DNA of 64,000 bases. Origin: Leptolyngbyaceae cyanobacterium. GTDB lineage: Bacteria; Cyanobacteriota; Cyanobacteriia; Phormidesmidales; Phormidesmidaceae. A model generated the notes under the pieces. The model made no database searches, was not told the DNA's origin, and saw nothing but the letters and a program-made list of their open reading frames with translations. This document shows positions 19,849-31,448 of the stretch, piece after piece. A program made the position numbers and the translations under genes. The number at the start of each line of letters is the position of its first letter. Within the stretch, counting starts at the first letter, position 1. The DNA is taken from the NCBI GenBank assembly GCA_965263355.1, contig CBDHHL010000032.1, positions 3,808,001 through 3,872,000 of the forward strand, in the 5' to 3' direction.

Positions 19849-20034
19849 ATGCGTAATCGTAAATTACCTCTCAAAGCAGGATTGGTCATAGCAGGATTGA
19901 CCTACTGTCAACTCTTTGCGCTCATGGACATCAATCCTTTTCTTAAAAACTATTTGATTTTGGTACCAATACAGCTGGGGGTACTTATGTATTTTGGTTA
20001 TAGGCACTGGAGTGGCAACTATAAGCAGCCGTAA
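19849..20034 (+). CDS. Small hypothetical membrane protein
   Basis: 61 aa with two hydrophobic stretches; co-oriented with its neighbours. Confidence 0.5.
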   Translation: MRNRKLPLKAGLVIAGLTYCQLFALMDINPFLKNYLILVPIQLGVLMYFGYRHWSGNYKQP

Positions 20035-20095
20035 TTAGCTTCCTGAGAAGCGTCTACAGACCTAAAATCGGATAACAACCTTAGCCTAAACTTAC

Positions 20096-21415
20096 ATGCA
20101 ATCCTTACCTGTAAACTCTTCTGCAGAGGAACCCCGCCTCAAACTGTCAGAAAATTTAACCGAGTTTCCCCTAGAAATTTTAGAGCTGGCCGATTCATTG
20201 GAAATTTTAGATCTCTCCAATAATCAGTTGAGCAGCTTACCCCAAGAATTTGCCCAACTCAAGCAGCTCAGAATCGCATTCTTTAACAATAATCAGTTTG
20301 AAGAATTTCCCGAGGTGCTAGCGGCGTGCCCCAATCTATCAATGATCAGCTTTAAGGAAAATCGGCTGAAAACCATTAGCGAATCAGCCCTCTTTCCAAC
20401 TATTCGATGGCTAATTTTGACCAATAATCAGCTGACCACGTTGCCGAAGAGTATTGGTAATCTAAATCGGTTACAAAAATGTATGCTAGCTGGCAACCAG
20501 CTTGAGTCTTTGCCAGATGAGCTAGCCAATTGTCAAAACTTGGAGCTACTTCGACTAGCTGCCAACCAATTGCAAAGTCTTCCTGCTTGGTTGTTTACTC
20601 TCCCCCGATTGACCTGGTTAGCCTACGCTGGTAATCCTTGTGCTCAAGCGACAGACTCCCAAAAAAATACGTCACTCACAGCCATTGATCCAGCCGAACT
20701 GCAGTTGGGAGAAATCTTGGGCCAAGGTGCTTCAGGAGTAATTTATAAAGGTCTGTGGAAAGCAAATATAGTGCAAGATGTTGCAGTCAAACTATTTAAA
20801 GGAGACATTACTAGCGATGGGTTACCGCTAGATGAGATGCAGGCTTGTATAGCGGCAGGTACTCATCCCAACCTGGTGAACGTGTTGGGTAAGCTGAGTC
20901 AGCCCATTGAGGGGAAATCTGGGCTAGTTTTCTCCTTTATTACGTCTGATTACAGTAATCTAGGTGGGCCTCCTAGCCTAACAACTTGCACCCGTGATAC
21001 CTACCCGAAAGATACCTCTTTTACGCTGCCCGTTATTTTAGAAATAGCTCGGAGTATTGCTGCTGTTGCAGGTCATTTACACACCCGAGGCATTATGCAT
21101 GGTGATCTCTATGCCCATAATATCTTGGTTGATCATAAAGGAGAGAGTATTTTAGGAGACTTTGGGGCGGCGTCCTTTTACAATCCAACTGATGTAGTTG
21201 CCGGACAAAACTTTGAAAGACTTGAATCGAGAGCTTATGGTTGTTTATTAGAAGAACTACTGGAGCGCCATGTATCTGAGAATGAAAATGCTGAAGTAAA
21301 AATATTTCAGCATTTGCGTGAATTACAACAGCGTTGTATGTCATCAGTCCCCAATGAAAGACCTTTGTTCAGTACAATTAATCAATTGCTGACAGAGGTA
21401 TCAACGTTTGTTTGA
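20096..21415 (+). CDS. Leucine-rich-repeat protein kinase
   Basis: About 7 LxxLxLxxNxLxxLP repeats, then GQGASG, VAVK, HGDLYAHN and DFG. Confidence 0.92.
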   Translation: MQSLPVNSSAEEPRLKLSENLTEFPLEILELADSLEILDLSNNQLSSLPQEFAQLKQLRIAFFNNNQFEEFPEVLAACPNLSMISFKENRLKTISESALFPTIRWLILTNNQLTTLPKSIGNLNRLQKCMLAGNQLESLPDELANCQNLELLRLAANQLQSLPAWLFTLPRLTWLAYAGNPCAQATDSQKNTSLTAIDPAELQLGEILGQGASGVIYKGLWKANIVQDVAVKLFKGDITSDGLPLDEMQACIAAGTHPNLVNVLGKLSQPIEGKSGLVFSFITSDYSNLGGPPSLTTCTRDTYPKDTSFTLPVILEIARSIAAVAGHLHTRGIMHGDLYAHNILVDHKGESILGDFGAASFYNPTDVVAGQNFERLESRAYGCLLEELLERHVSENENAEVKIFQHLRELQQRCMSSVPNERPLFSTINQLLTEVSTFV

Positions 21416-22247
21416 AATTACTCCCTTTCGGGTACATCATCCTACGACTATGCCATGTCCGATTGTGGTGAGTATTCCCCACAGTGGTTTAGTGGTTCCA
21501 GAAGAGATGAAACGAGTCTTGAATCCTAAATATCGGGGCTTTCTTCCCCATCAGGATTGGCATTTGGATAAGCTATATGCTGAATTACCTGCGCTGGGCA
21601 TTACCGTATTAGCGGCTGTTTACAGTCGCTATGTTGTTGATCTTAATCGTGTTGCTAAAGCTCCCTTTATTGGGAGTTTTTGGCAGGCAGCGGTTCCAAA
21701 ACAAACGGCTTATGGTCAGCCATTGTATCGAGTGTTGCCCTCTAGACAGCAAGTTCAGGATCGGATCAATCAAGTTTATCAACCCTATCATCAGCAATTG
21801 GAACATCTTCTACAGGAGATAGTTGACAAGTTTGGCCATGCTTATCTGTTGGATTTACATAGTTTCGCTGGTCCTATATCTGATCAAGTGTGCTTAGGTA
21901 ATGCAAATGGTCAAACCTGTTCCGAAGATTTAATGTCAGCCATAGAGTCGGCTTTCTCATCTCAAAGTTATCAAGTTGTTCGCAATCATGTTTTTAATGG
22001 TGGCTATATCACTCGACGCTATGGCAATATCTCTAGTGTCGAGTCACTACAAATTGAGTTTCGTTATCACAACTATTTAAATTTAGAACAATTAGAACAG
22101 GAACGGATTCCAGATTGGGAGGTTCCTGAGTTTTATAGAGCAAAACAGCGAATTCAGGATGTATTTAGTTATCTTGTTAAGTTTTTGAGAGAAGATTCCT
22201 ATCCCTCAATGTCTTTACAAGTTTGTCATGGCGATACTCAAAGATAA
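21408..22247 (+). CDS. N-formylglutamate amidohydrolase family protein
   Basis: SIPHSG, DWHL, SRYVVDLNR, LLDLHS, GGYITR and LQIE motifs. Confidence 0.9.
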   Translation: MFEITPFRVHHPTTMPCPIVVSIPHSGLVVPEEMKRVLNPKYRGFLPHQDWHLDKLYAELPALGITVLAAVYSRYVVDLNRVAKAPFIGSFWQAAVPKQTAYGQPLYRVLPSRQQVQDRINQVYQPYHQQLEHLLQEIVDKFGHAYLLDLHSFAGPISDQVCLGNANGQTCSEDLMSAIESAFSSQSYQVVRNHVFNGGYITRRYGNISSVESLQIEFRYHNYLNLEQLEQERIPDWEVPEFYRAKQRIQDVFSYLVKFLREDSYPSMSLQVCHGDTQR

Positions 22248-22489
22248 TCGTGAAAGAAACTTGTACAGTTCTATTTTGAATTTTGACAATCAACCAGGGG
22301 AGTCCCAATCACAAATTCCCTCCCTGGCCCCGGTTGTGACAAACAAGATAATGTTGTTTTCTGCGGGCTACTGCCTATAGCCAATGCTCTGATGTATTTT
22401 GACATTTTTCTGTAGGCTGGCAACCGGTTGACCAGACTTAATAGAAAAGGTTAGGTGATTTTGCAGTTGACTCATGACAATAAAAGTAC

Positions 22490-22520
22490 TGCCCCGCTGA
22501 ATTCGCAATTCAGCGGGGCA
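22490..22520 (-). terminator. Intrinsic terminator downstream of the nucleotidase
   Basis: TGCCCCGCTGAATT-cgc-AATTCAGCGGGGCA, a 14-bp perfect stem. Confidence 0.8.
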
Positions 22521-22567
22521 ATCAGTATATTTTCTGTTAATTACCTAACGTCAATTGAAGAACGCTC

Positions 22568-25384
22568 TTACACGATTGCAAACTCTACAACCATATCGTC
22601 GTAGTCTGCATCACCGAGGCCAGCTAAATCTTCAAACCCTAAGAGATTAGACCCTAGCTGTCTGACATGGTCATTACCATTACTGTTTTGTCCAGCATGG
22701 CTAAAGTACACATCACTGGCGGTTGGATCAGTGCCATCTGCAATTAGAAAGATTCCTAGGAAGCTACCGCCCTCGATCGAGGCAGTAAAGTTAGTCGTTT
22801 GACCATTTGTTCCGGAAAGGGAGACCTCTAGTTGGTTGGCCAAAGCAGCCGCTTCATACCCTGGATCACCTGGGAATAGAGTGGTACCAGTTACCGGATC
22901 TTGGATGCCGCCATCGGCGGTATCGGTCGTGTAAAACCCAATCGTGTTGTTAAATGCAGCTTCTCGATAGACTGAGAACTCTACCGTTAATGTTCCTGTT
23001 TGGGTGGTGAGATCAATGGCTGCAGCATCATCGACTAACAGATTTGTGATTGTAGTTTCATCTGCGGCTAAAACAGATGCCTGTCCAGTACTTCCAAAGT
23101 CCAGCACCAGGTTTCCATTGCTGTCTAAGCTCGGCGTTGCTATGGTCACGACACCGTCTATGACCAATTCAACCTGAATAAAGACTCCCACATCGACCTG
23201 AGTACTGTTAAGTGTAAAGTTTGGTGCATAGTCATCCCCCAGTTCACCACTTTCGAGTAAGAGGACGCTACCAATCTGAGTGCGATTTCCTCCAGTATTA
23301 TCGGTGGTAAAAACTAAGAGTTCACCAACTTCTTCTACCTCAATATTATCCAAACTAATGGTGATAGTGTCAGCATTAGTCAGACCAGTAATTTCAATGA
23401 TCTGTTCTGTGACAAATGGTGTGAAAACGCCTTCTGGTGCTCCGGCATCGGCGAAAACATCATCATCACGAAAGGCTAAATTCTGGATGCGCTCATCTAA
23501 CTCTCGATCGGTATCTGTCTCGTTAAAGGGAGCATTGGTAGTGCCATCAAAGTTATCTAGCAAATATTCGGCTAGGGCATCTTGTTCAGTGCCATCCGGT
23601 GCAAATGCGGCATCCCCGGTACGGGGGGCATTCTCATCTTGTTCAAGGTCTTGAAAGTTACTACCAAACTCTTGGAATGGATAGTCATCACCTCCGCCAG
23701 CTAAGAAGCCAAGGGTGACAATACGAACAATTTCTTCGGGGTTCCCAATCAGGTCACCATTTTCCACTAAGACATCGAGAATATTACCATCTTCATCTTT
23801 AATAGCGGCTGATTGGATACGTTCGTTGGGGGGAAGTGTTAGATCAAAACTAAACTCGACACCACTGACCTGGGGAAATCGCCCTTGGGTATTGGAATCA
23901 TCCAGACTGCTTGCGGCAATACCATGTTCTAGAACAGCTACCAAGCCTTCGCGAGTAATGTCTAGAACCGTTAGTCCGTTATTAAACCGTAGGGTGTTGG
24001 CAATGTCGGTTTGAGAGATGCCCCCTTCTGGCTTTACCCCAGGAATTTCTTCATTGGGGAGTAGTTCCGGATCGCCAGTGCCACCAGCGGGGACAATGAC
24101 TCGACCAATGTCGTCACGAATACCACCACCGTTCTTAATTGATACCAAAATCGTATCGTCATCAGTGATTTCACGGGCAATGGCCAGATTTGCATCCGCT
24201 GTGAGATTCCCGAGGTTGGTTTCTTCGGTACGCACACTGCCACGTAAGCCGTTTAGGTAAACGTCGCTAACACCAAAGACATTGCTTTCTTGTGCCTCAA
24301 TAATGGCACGCAGTTCGTCTACAATCGTTTGAATTTCTGGGTCAACCAGGCTAGTCGCATTTAGATCAATGACACCTTGTTCATCCGTAGCATAGGCACC
24401 ACTCACCGTAGGATCGTAGCTGTTAGGATCAATCACCCCGTTTTCGTCAAAATCAATTACCAGGCGACCAACGTACTTATAGTTGCCATCGGTGTTAACT
24501 ACGGCTACAGGGTTACCATCAGCACCGGTGATAAATATTGGATAGTCACCCTGATTGCTATCACCATCGCGAGGACGGTCATTGCTATCAAATAAACGAG
24601 TGTTGGAACCACCCGCAACGATAATGTCTACATTGCTTAGACGTTCGGCTAGTGCTTGCTCAATGGAGATTTGCTGCATATGCGCAAGCAATACCACCTT
24701 GTTGACTGTGGGGTTAGCTGTCAGCAGTGCATCTACATCTGCCTGAATTTCAGCAGCCAGTGCATCTAGTTGAGCGGGGGTGGGGTCACTATCAAAAGGA
24801 ATAGGCGAAATAGTGACATCATCAGGACTGGAAATCCGATCAATTGTTGGTGTGGTGGCACCAACAACGCCAATCAGCTCTCCGTTTACATCGATCACGG
24901 TACTGGCGGCTAAACTGTTGGCTTGGGGGGCTTGGGCATCAGCAACGATGAAGTCGTCCAGATTGTCTTCAGTACTAAAATCCAGGTTGGCGCTAAGATA
25001 TGGAAACTGTGCGCCAATAAATGACTCATCTTCCGGTGTGGTAGGGTCATCGACAGCTCCTCCGATCAGATCAGCCAGTAGCTCGGTCCCACGGTCAAAT
25101 TCATGATTACCCAAGGCAATCGCTTGGAACCCAAGCTCGTTTTGAATCAAAATGTCAGCTCGCCCTGCACCGCCCAGGGTTTCTTCTGACGCATCGAAAA
25201 ATAAACCAGGGATAATGGCATCTCCAGAAGAGAGTACCAATGTGTTGTCTATCAGACCATCGTTACCAAGATCTTCGGCTCTGAGAGCATTGAGTACGGC
25301 GGAAAATCGCGGTGCATCATCTAAAGCGGGTATGCCTGCCTCTTGATCGGCGGCATGGAGGAGTTCCAGGGTAAATTCAGGCAT
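22568..25384 (-). CDS. 5'-nucleotidase / metallophosphoesterase with C-terminal DUF4114-like domain
   Basis: LLHAADQE, SSGD, GNHEFD, ETNLGNLTAD, NGGGIR and FPQVSG; C-terminal GFEDL..LGDADYDD; very acidic. Confidence 0.9.
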   Translation of the reverse strand: MPEFTLELLHAADQEAGIPALDDAPRFSAVLNALRAEDLGNDGLIDNTLVLSSGDAIIPGLFFDASEETLGGAGRADILIQNELGFQAIALGNHEFDRGTELLADLIGGAVDDPTTPEDESFIGAQFPYLSANLDFSTEDNLDDFIVADAQAPQANSLAASTVIDVNGELIGVVGATTPTIDRISSPDDVTISPIPFDSDPTPAQLDALAAEIQADVDALLTANPTVNKVVLLAHMQQISIEQALAERLSNVDIIVAGGSNTRLFDSNDRPRDGDSNQGDYPIFITGADGNPVAVVNTDGNYKYVGRLVIDFDENGVIDPNSYDPTVSGAYATDEQGVIDLNATSLVDPEIQTIVDELRAIIEAQESNVFGVSDVYLNGLRGSVRTEETNLGNLTADANLAIAREITDDDTILVSIKNGGGIRDDIGRVIVPAGGTGDPELLPNEEIPGVKPEGGISQTDIANTLRFNNGLTVLDITREGLVAVLEHGIAASSLDDSNTQGRFPQVSGVEFSFDLTLPPNERIQSAAIKDEDGNILDVLVENGDLIGNPEEIVRIVTLGFLAGGGDDYPFQEFGSNFQDLEQDENAPRTGDAAFAPDGTEQDALAEYLLDNFDGTTNAPFNETDTDRELDERIQNLAFRDDDVFADAGAPEGVFTPFVTEQIIEITGLTNADTITISLDNIEVEEVGELLVFTTDNTGGNRTQIGSVLLLESGELGDDYAPNFTLNSTQVDVGVFIQVELVIDGVVTIATPSLDSNGNLVLDFGSTGQASVLAADETTITNLLVDDAAAIDLTTQTGTLTVEFSVYREAAFNNTIGFYTTDTADGGIQDPVTGTTLFPGDPGYEAAALANQLEVSLSGTNGQTTNFTASIEGGSFLGIFLIADGTDPTASDVYFSHAGQNSNGNDHVRQLGSNLLGFEDLAGLGDADYDDMVVEFAIV

Positions 25385-25730
25385 GTTGTTGAAAACCTTA
25401 AGGGGGGAAGCTATCTAGACTAGATAAGCATTTGTGTCTGACAAGATCAGCATGGAGGCTGGGTAATCAGACGCTGCCAGCACCGTGGTTTCAAGTGCGG
25501 TAGGAAGCTGCTCATCCGTCCTGAACTTTTTGCACCCATGAAGATAACATTGGCGAATGTGATTGCCTTGTCAGCTGTAAGACAAAGCAAGTTATCAATG
25601 TTAACTACAAGACAAAGCAAACATTAATGATGATAAAGAAGAGAAAAAGTAGAGTGTGATTACGGAAGTTGTTGGCGTGTGAGTGAGCTAATAATTACGC
25701 TAAAAAATAAAACAATGGGTAACAGATTAC

Positions 25731-26396
25731 TCAGCGCTTCATTGCCAACATCAGACCATCAGCAATGGGCACCAAACTTATTGATACACGTTTATCTGCG
25801 TGGATTTTCTTATTCAGTGTATGAATCTGTTTGGTACGATTATCCTGTTCTTCTATTGGATTAGCCACGCGCCCGGACCACAGTACGTTGTCCACGGCAA
25901 TTAGTCCGCCAGGACGTACTAACTGTAATGTGCGCTCATAATAACTGTCGTAGTTGCTTTTGTCCGCATCAATAAAGGCAAAGTCAAAACTGTTACCATG
26001 GCCTTCGGTCATGAGCTGATCGAGGGTGTCTAAGGCCGGAGCAATGCGTAGGTCAACTTTGTGAGCTACTCCAGCTTTCTGCCAATATTTACGAGCCATA
26101 GCAGTGTACTCATCACTAATGTCGCAGGCAATTAGCCTACCCTCGTCGGCCATGGACATGGCAACAATGAGAGAACTGTAACCAGTAAATACGCCGATCT
26201 CCAGCGCTTTTTTGACCCCCAATAGTTGTACCAACAAACCCAGAAACTGTCCTTGTTCCGGCGCAATTTGCATGACGGCTCTAGGATGCTGGGCATTCTC
26301 TTCTCGTAGTTGTTGTAAAATTTCACTGTCGCGGACGCCAACAGTCAGGAGGTAGCTGTAGAGATTTTCGGTGAGATTGAGAACTTGGGTAGACAT
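25731..26396 (-). CDS. SAM-dependent O-methyltransferase (CCoAOMT-like)
   Basis: LEIGVFTGYS, FIDADK and DNVLWSG. Confidence 0.93.
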   Translation of the reverse strand: MSTQVLNLTENLYSYLLTVGVRDSEILQQLREENAQHPRAVMQIAPEQGQFLGLLVQLLGVKKALEIGVFTGYSSLIVAMSMADEGRLIACDISDEYTAMARKYWQKAGVAHKVDLRIAPALDTLDQLMTEGHGNSFDFAFIDADKSNYDSYYERTLQLVRPGGLIAVDNVLWSGRVANPIEEQDNRTKQIHTLNKKIHADKRVSISLVPIADGLMLAMKR

Positions 26397-26711
26397 TAGA
26401 AAGCGTTTTGAAGGCTAAGTTTGAGGTTGACGGTCATGGATAAGATGAACGTTATCAATCCCGAAGATTTTAAGATAAACAACTCAAAATTGAAAACTTA
26501 AACCTCAAAACTCTATGTATGTCTTTTGTAATCCTTATGTTATATCAAGTCGTCGAAAATGCCCACGATATGATTTTCTGTAAGATCCTTAATTTATAAG
26601 GCATACAACTTATTTTATCTGGCCGTATATTGTGGTCATTCCATCTGACTTGATATTAGTCAGGTTTAGCTGTTTGCTAACCTAGATTACAGCGCGTGTG
26701 AGGAACACCTA

Positions 26712-26897
26712 ATGGATGCGACCCAGGTGGTTCAAGTAGCGGCCCGTGTGGGCTGGATTATTGAAATTAGCCAGCAGGATAATGGTTATCGTTGCTGGTT
26801 GATTAACCGTGAGCTAAATGTATTAAGCGATGGATATATATACGCCACTAGTAGTGCGGCATTAGCTGCAGGCAGGTTGTTTGTTGAGCGAGCGTGA
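26712..26897 (+). CDS. Small hypothetical protein
   Basis: GAGGA RBS and ATG; GW.IEI...GY.CW...DG..Y....AL.AG pattern looks protein-like. Confidence 0.6.
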   Translation: MDATQVVQVAARVGWIIEISQQDNGYRCWLINRELNVLSDGYIYATSSAALAAGRLFVERA

Positions 26898-26910
26898 ATC
26901 AGGACAGTGT

Positions 26911-27450
26911 CTAAGACTGACACAATACCCGACGCATAGTTTTCATGTTGCCAGGTAGGTCAATGCACATGGCTTGCTCTAGCAAAAATTTAGGGGCTGG
27001 AATCATCGGTGTGGCTTTGACAGAATAGGTTAACAAGGTGCCTTCACCAAAATCTTCCAGGACGAGGTCGGCGGCAAAGTCGGCAAATGTGCCCCGTTCT
27101 AGACGAAACTGAATACTTTGATGCAAGTGCTCAACGACGTGGAGATAAATTTCTACCTGGGCTGTGAAAAGGATAAACGCTTTGCGAGCAGCTTGGTATA
27201 GCTTGCGGGTAATGCGTTGAGATTGCTGTCTGACATGGTGCTTGACAGAGGCTTCTAACTCGCGGCTATGGGTAATGTCGGGAAAGTAATGGACCCAACG
27301 ACTATAGTCGGTTAACTGTTCCCAGAGTTGAGATCGCACCAACGGCACGTACATTTGAGCAGTAACGGCAGCCCCTTTACCATTATGTTTTTCAGGCGCA
27401 ATTAGAACATCGCCACGCAGTAAAGCTACTTGTTGTGTCGTCGAAACCAT
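26911..27450 (-). CDS. SRPBCC / polyketide cyclase family protein
   Basis: LWEQLTDYSRWVHYFPDI and GTLLTY motifs. Confidence 0.82.
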   Translation of the reverse strand: MVSTTQQVALLRGDVLIAPEKHNGKGAAVTAQMYVPLVRSQLWEQLTDYSRWVHYFPDITHSRELEASVKHHVRQQSQRITRKLYQAARKAFILFTAQVEIYLHVVEHLHQSIQFRLERGTFADFAADLVLEDFGEGTLLTYSVKATPMIPAPKFLLEQAMCIDLPGNMKTMRRVLCQS

Positions 27451-27676
27451 AGGATAAATTAAGGAAAACTCTATAGGTGTTAATAAAAATTGCGAGTTAA
27501 CTGATAAAGCCTCAAAATGAATTACTAAATATATCTTCCAGATATTTGCTAGTTTGTACTGATTCGTTGCCCATTATTAACCAGGGGGCATAAGACTAGT
27601 GTCAAGCAGGTACATATTTGCGTAAAACCTTAGTAAAACTTGGTGTTCCCTAAGGATTTATACATAATCTGAATCG

Positions 27677-27862
27677 ATGACTAATCGTTTTCGTTTTCGT
27701 CCAATTACTCAACTTTTGCTGGCCACCATTGCGATGACGGCCATTGTTTGGATTCTTCGGGGTACTGGCCTCCTCTCATTTTTGCCAGGAATTATTATTT
27801 GGTTGCTGATTTTGGCGTGTTTTGCGATCGCACTCTTTAGTAGCTTGCAATCCACCCGATAG
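27677..27862 (+). CDS. Small two-helix membrane protein
   Basis: VWILRG.GLL.FLPG pattern; 61 aa. Confidence 0.65.
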   Translation: MTNRFRFRPITQLLLATIAMTAIVWILRGTGLLSFLPGIIIWLLILACFAIALFSSLQSTR

Positions 27863-27952
27863 AATAGTGCACAATGCCCTCCGCTTGTAAATATTTTCTA
27901 AATCAAACGTTAAATAAAATTTTAAATTTATCTGCTAGGTTGCCGAGAAGTT

Positions 27953-28462
27953 GTGAGGCAATCATTGATGGAACTATTGAAAATATTGGGGGTTCCCCTA
28001 CTGCTACTGCTGTTGGGGGATTTTGTCGCTACATTTATATACCATGTGCCTGAACATGTGTTTGGTCGTTATCACAGCATTGTTCACCACAGTCCCAATC
28101 GTAGCTTCGTTAGTTATGCCCTACGTAAGCATTGTCCTCAGGCTTTGCTGCCAGGTTTTCTCGGCGCATTTCCTTACCTGATGTGGGTGCCCCTACTGTG
28201 GCTGATTTCTCCTCTAGGTACCTTATTTGGGCTACTACTGGCTGAATTGCACGTCATCTGGCGGCATCAATTTTCTCCAGACTATCGCACGCCCAAATTT
28301 GTAAAAATGTTCTGTCGCTGGTTGTGTATTACTACTCCCGAGCGGCATCGACTCCACCATAGGAATGCAAATTTGGCCTATGGAGACATATTTACCTTTT
28401 ACGGTAAGCCAGCCCAACATTGGCTGGCATTTTTGCGCCAGGTCAAACGCCAGTGGGCCTGA
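27953..28462 (+). CDS. Sterol desaturase / fatty acid hydroxylase family protein
   Basis: His boxes YHVPEH, HSIVHH, HVIWRH and HRLHH. Confidence 0.82.
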   Translation: MRQSLMELLKILGVPLLLLLLGDFVATFIYHVPEHVFGRYHSIVHHSPNRSFVSYALRKHCPQALLPGFLGAFPYLMWVPLLWLISPLGTLFGLLLAELHVIWRHQFSPDYRTPKFVKMFCRWLCITTPERHRLHHRNANLAYGDIFTFYGKPAQHWLAFLRQVKRQWA

Positions 28463-28466
28463 TAAA

Positions 28467-28538
28467 GACGTTGGACGTCGGAATTCGGACGTCGGAATTT
28501 AGTCACTTCTAATTTCCAATTTTCGACTTCCGACATCC
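28467..28538. repeat. Inverted heptamer tandem repeats (STRR-like)
   Basis: GGACGTC/GGAATTC-type 7-mers followed by complementary TCCAATT/TCCGACA-type 7-mers. Confidence 0.7.
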
Positions 28539-28544
28539 TGTTAA

Positions 28545-30215
<1,671 letters not shown>

Positions 30216-30221
30216 ATCTAG

Positions 30222-30273
30222 GCCCCGAGCGGAGCCCCTTTCCCTCCTGGGAGGGGCTCCGGGGCAGGCTTTT
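30222..30273 (+). terminator. GC-rich hairpin/terminator after pgm
   Basis: GCCCC..GGAGCCCCT...AGGGGCTCC-GGGGC stem followed by a short T run. Confidence 0.65.
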
Positions 30274-30275
30274 GA

Positions 30276-30548
30276 CTAAATCTCTGGCACCTTCACACTA
30301 CTTTTAACCTGTTGCTTGTCGGCACTCTTGGCATACTTCTCAGCAACAGCGGTCACTTCGGCTACTCGCTCTGCATTACTGACTTCTTCAGCCTTGACCT
30401 TGGCGGCGGCAGCTGCTTTAGCTTTCAAACCATGGCTGGCCCGCGTCAAAAACGATACCGTAAACCCTACACTCAAATAGGTAGCGCTCATAATCGCCCA
30501 TCCTTCGATGATGTAGGTCATCATGTGACTTAAGGTTTCAACGGTCAT
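30276..30548 (-). CDS. Hypothetical protein (1 TM plus Ala/Lys-rich tail)
   Basis: AGGAG RBS; hydrophobic N-terminus. Confidence 0.55.
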   Translation of the reverse strand: MTVETLSHMMTYIIEGWAIMSATYLSVGFTVSFLTRASHGLKAKAAAAAKVKAEEVSNAERVAEVTAVAEKYAKSADKQQVKSSVKVPEI

Positions 30549-30852
30549 GATGTGCTCCTATTAACGTGAACAACTTTGATTAAAAGAAACTTATGTACTT
30601 GATACCACTGGGTCAGACGGTTAGTGGTCAACTGGGCTAACACAAATAATTGTTTTAATCCTTATTTAAGCAGGTTCTCTTTGGGATCGGTACTTATCGC
30701 TAAAAATACTTTAAACCGGCTTTTATAAAGAACGGTGCAAGTCAATCCATCACTGCTCAGTCATAACGAGGTGTTGTTGTAAATTGGCGAATAGTCCGTA
30801 TTCCAAGGAATCTGGCCTATTCATATAGATATGATTTTATTTATTTAAGACT

Positions 30853-31323
30853 ATGGATTTTGCCGTTTTGGTTAAGCCTTTAATTGGGGCGTTGCTAGGG
30901 GTATTTGCGATTGCTACTCCAGCGTTGGCTTTTCCCATTGAGGAAAGTGAGATTAATAATTATGTAGGCATTGGTATCCGTGCTGGCTTGAATGACGATG
31001 CAGCCGCAGTGGTGGATTCTAAACTTGAGATTGTGCCCTTTAACCAGGTGAGTGTGTCTGTGCGGCCCGCGATTCTCATTGGTGATGATGTTGAGGGTCG
31101 TCTCCCCGTGTCCTTGGATTATGCCTTAGCTGAACAGGTTCTATTTTTTGGTGGTGGTGGTTTTGCCTATACCTTTGACAGCAGTGATTTTGAGCCTATG
31201 GTTACCGGTGGTCTTGATATGGCTATCAGTGAGCGTTTGATTTTGAATGTAGAAGGCAATTTGATCTTCAAATCTGACGATGCTGATGCGGAAGTGGCGG
31301 CATCGATTAACTGGCTATTTTAG
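30853..31323 (+). CDS. Small outer-membrane beta-barrel-like protein
   Basis: Signal peptide ending ALA, alternating hydrophobic strands, C-terminal Phe. Confidence 0.65.
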   Translation: MDFAVLVKPLIGALLGVFAIATPALAFPIEESEINNYVGIGIRAGLNDDAAAVVDSKLEIVPFNQVSVSVRPAILIGDDVEGRLPVSLDYALAEQVLFFGGGGFAYTFDSSDFEPMVTGGLDMAISERLILNVEGNLIFKSDDADAEVAASINWLF

Positions 31324-31448
31324 GGACTCGTGTTGCATTGAGTCTGGGGCTGAATAGTCTTGGTCTGGGGTGATTTTGATAAAACCGATACTATTCAGGC
31401 GATGACGCTGTTCGGTATGGTGAAATACCGAGCGTCACTGTTTGTGTT

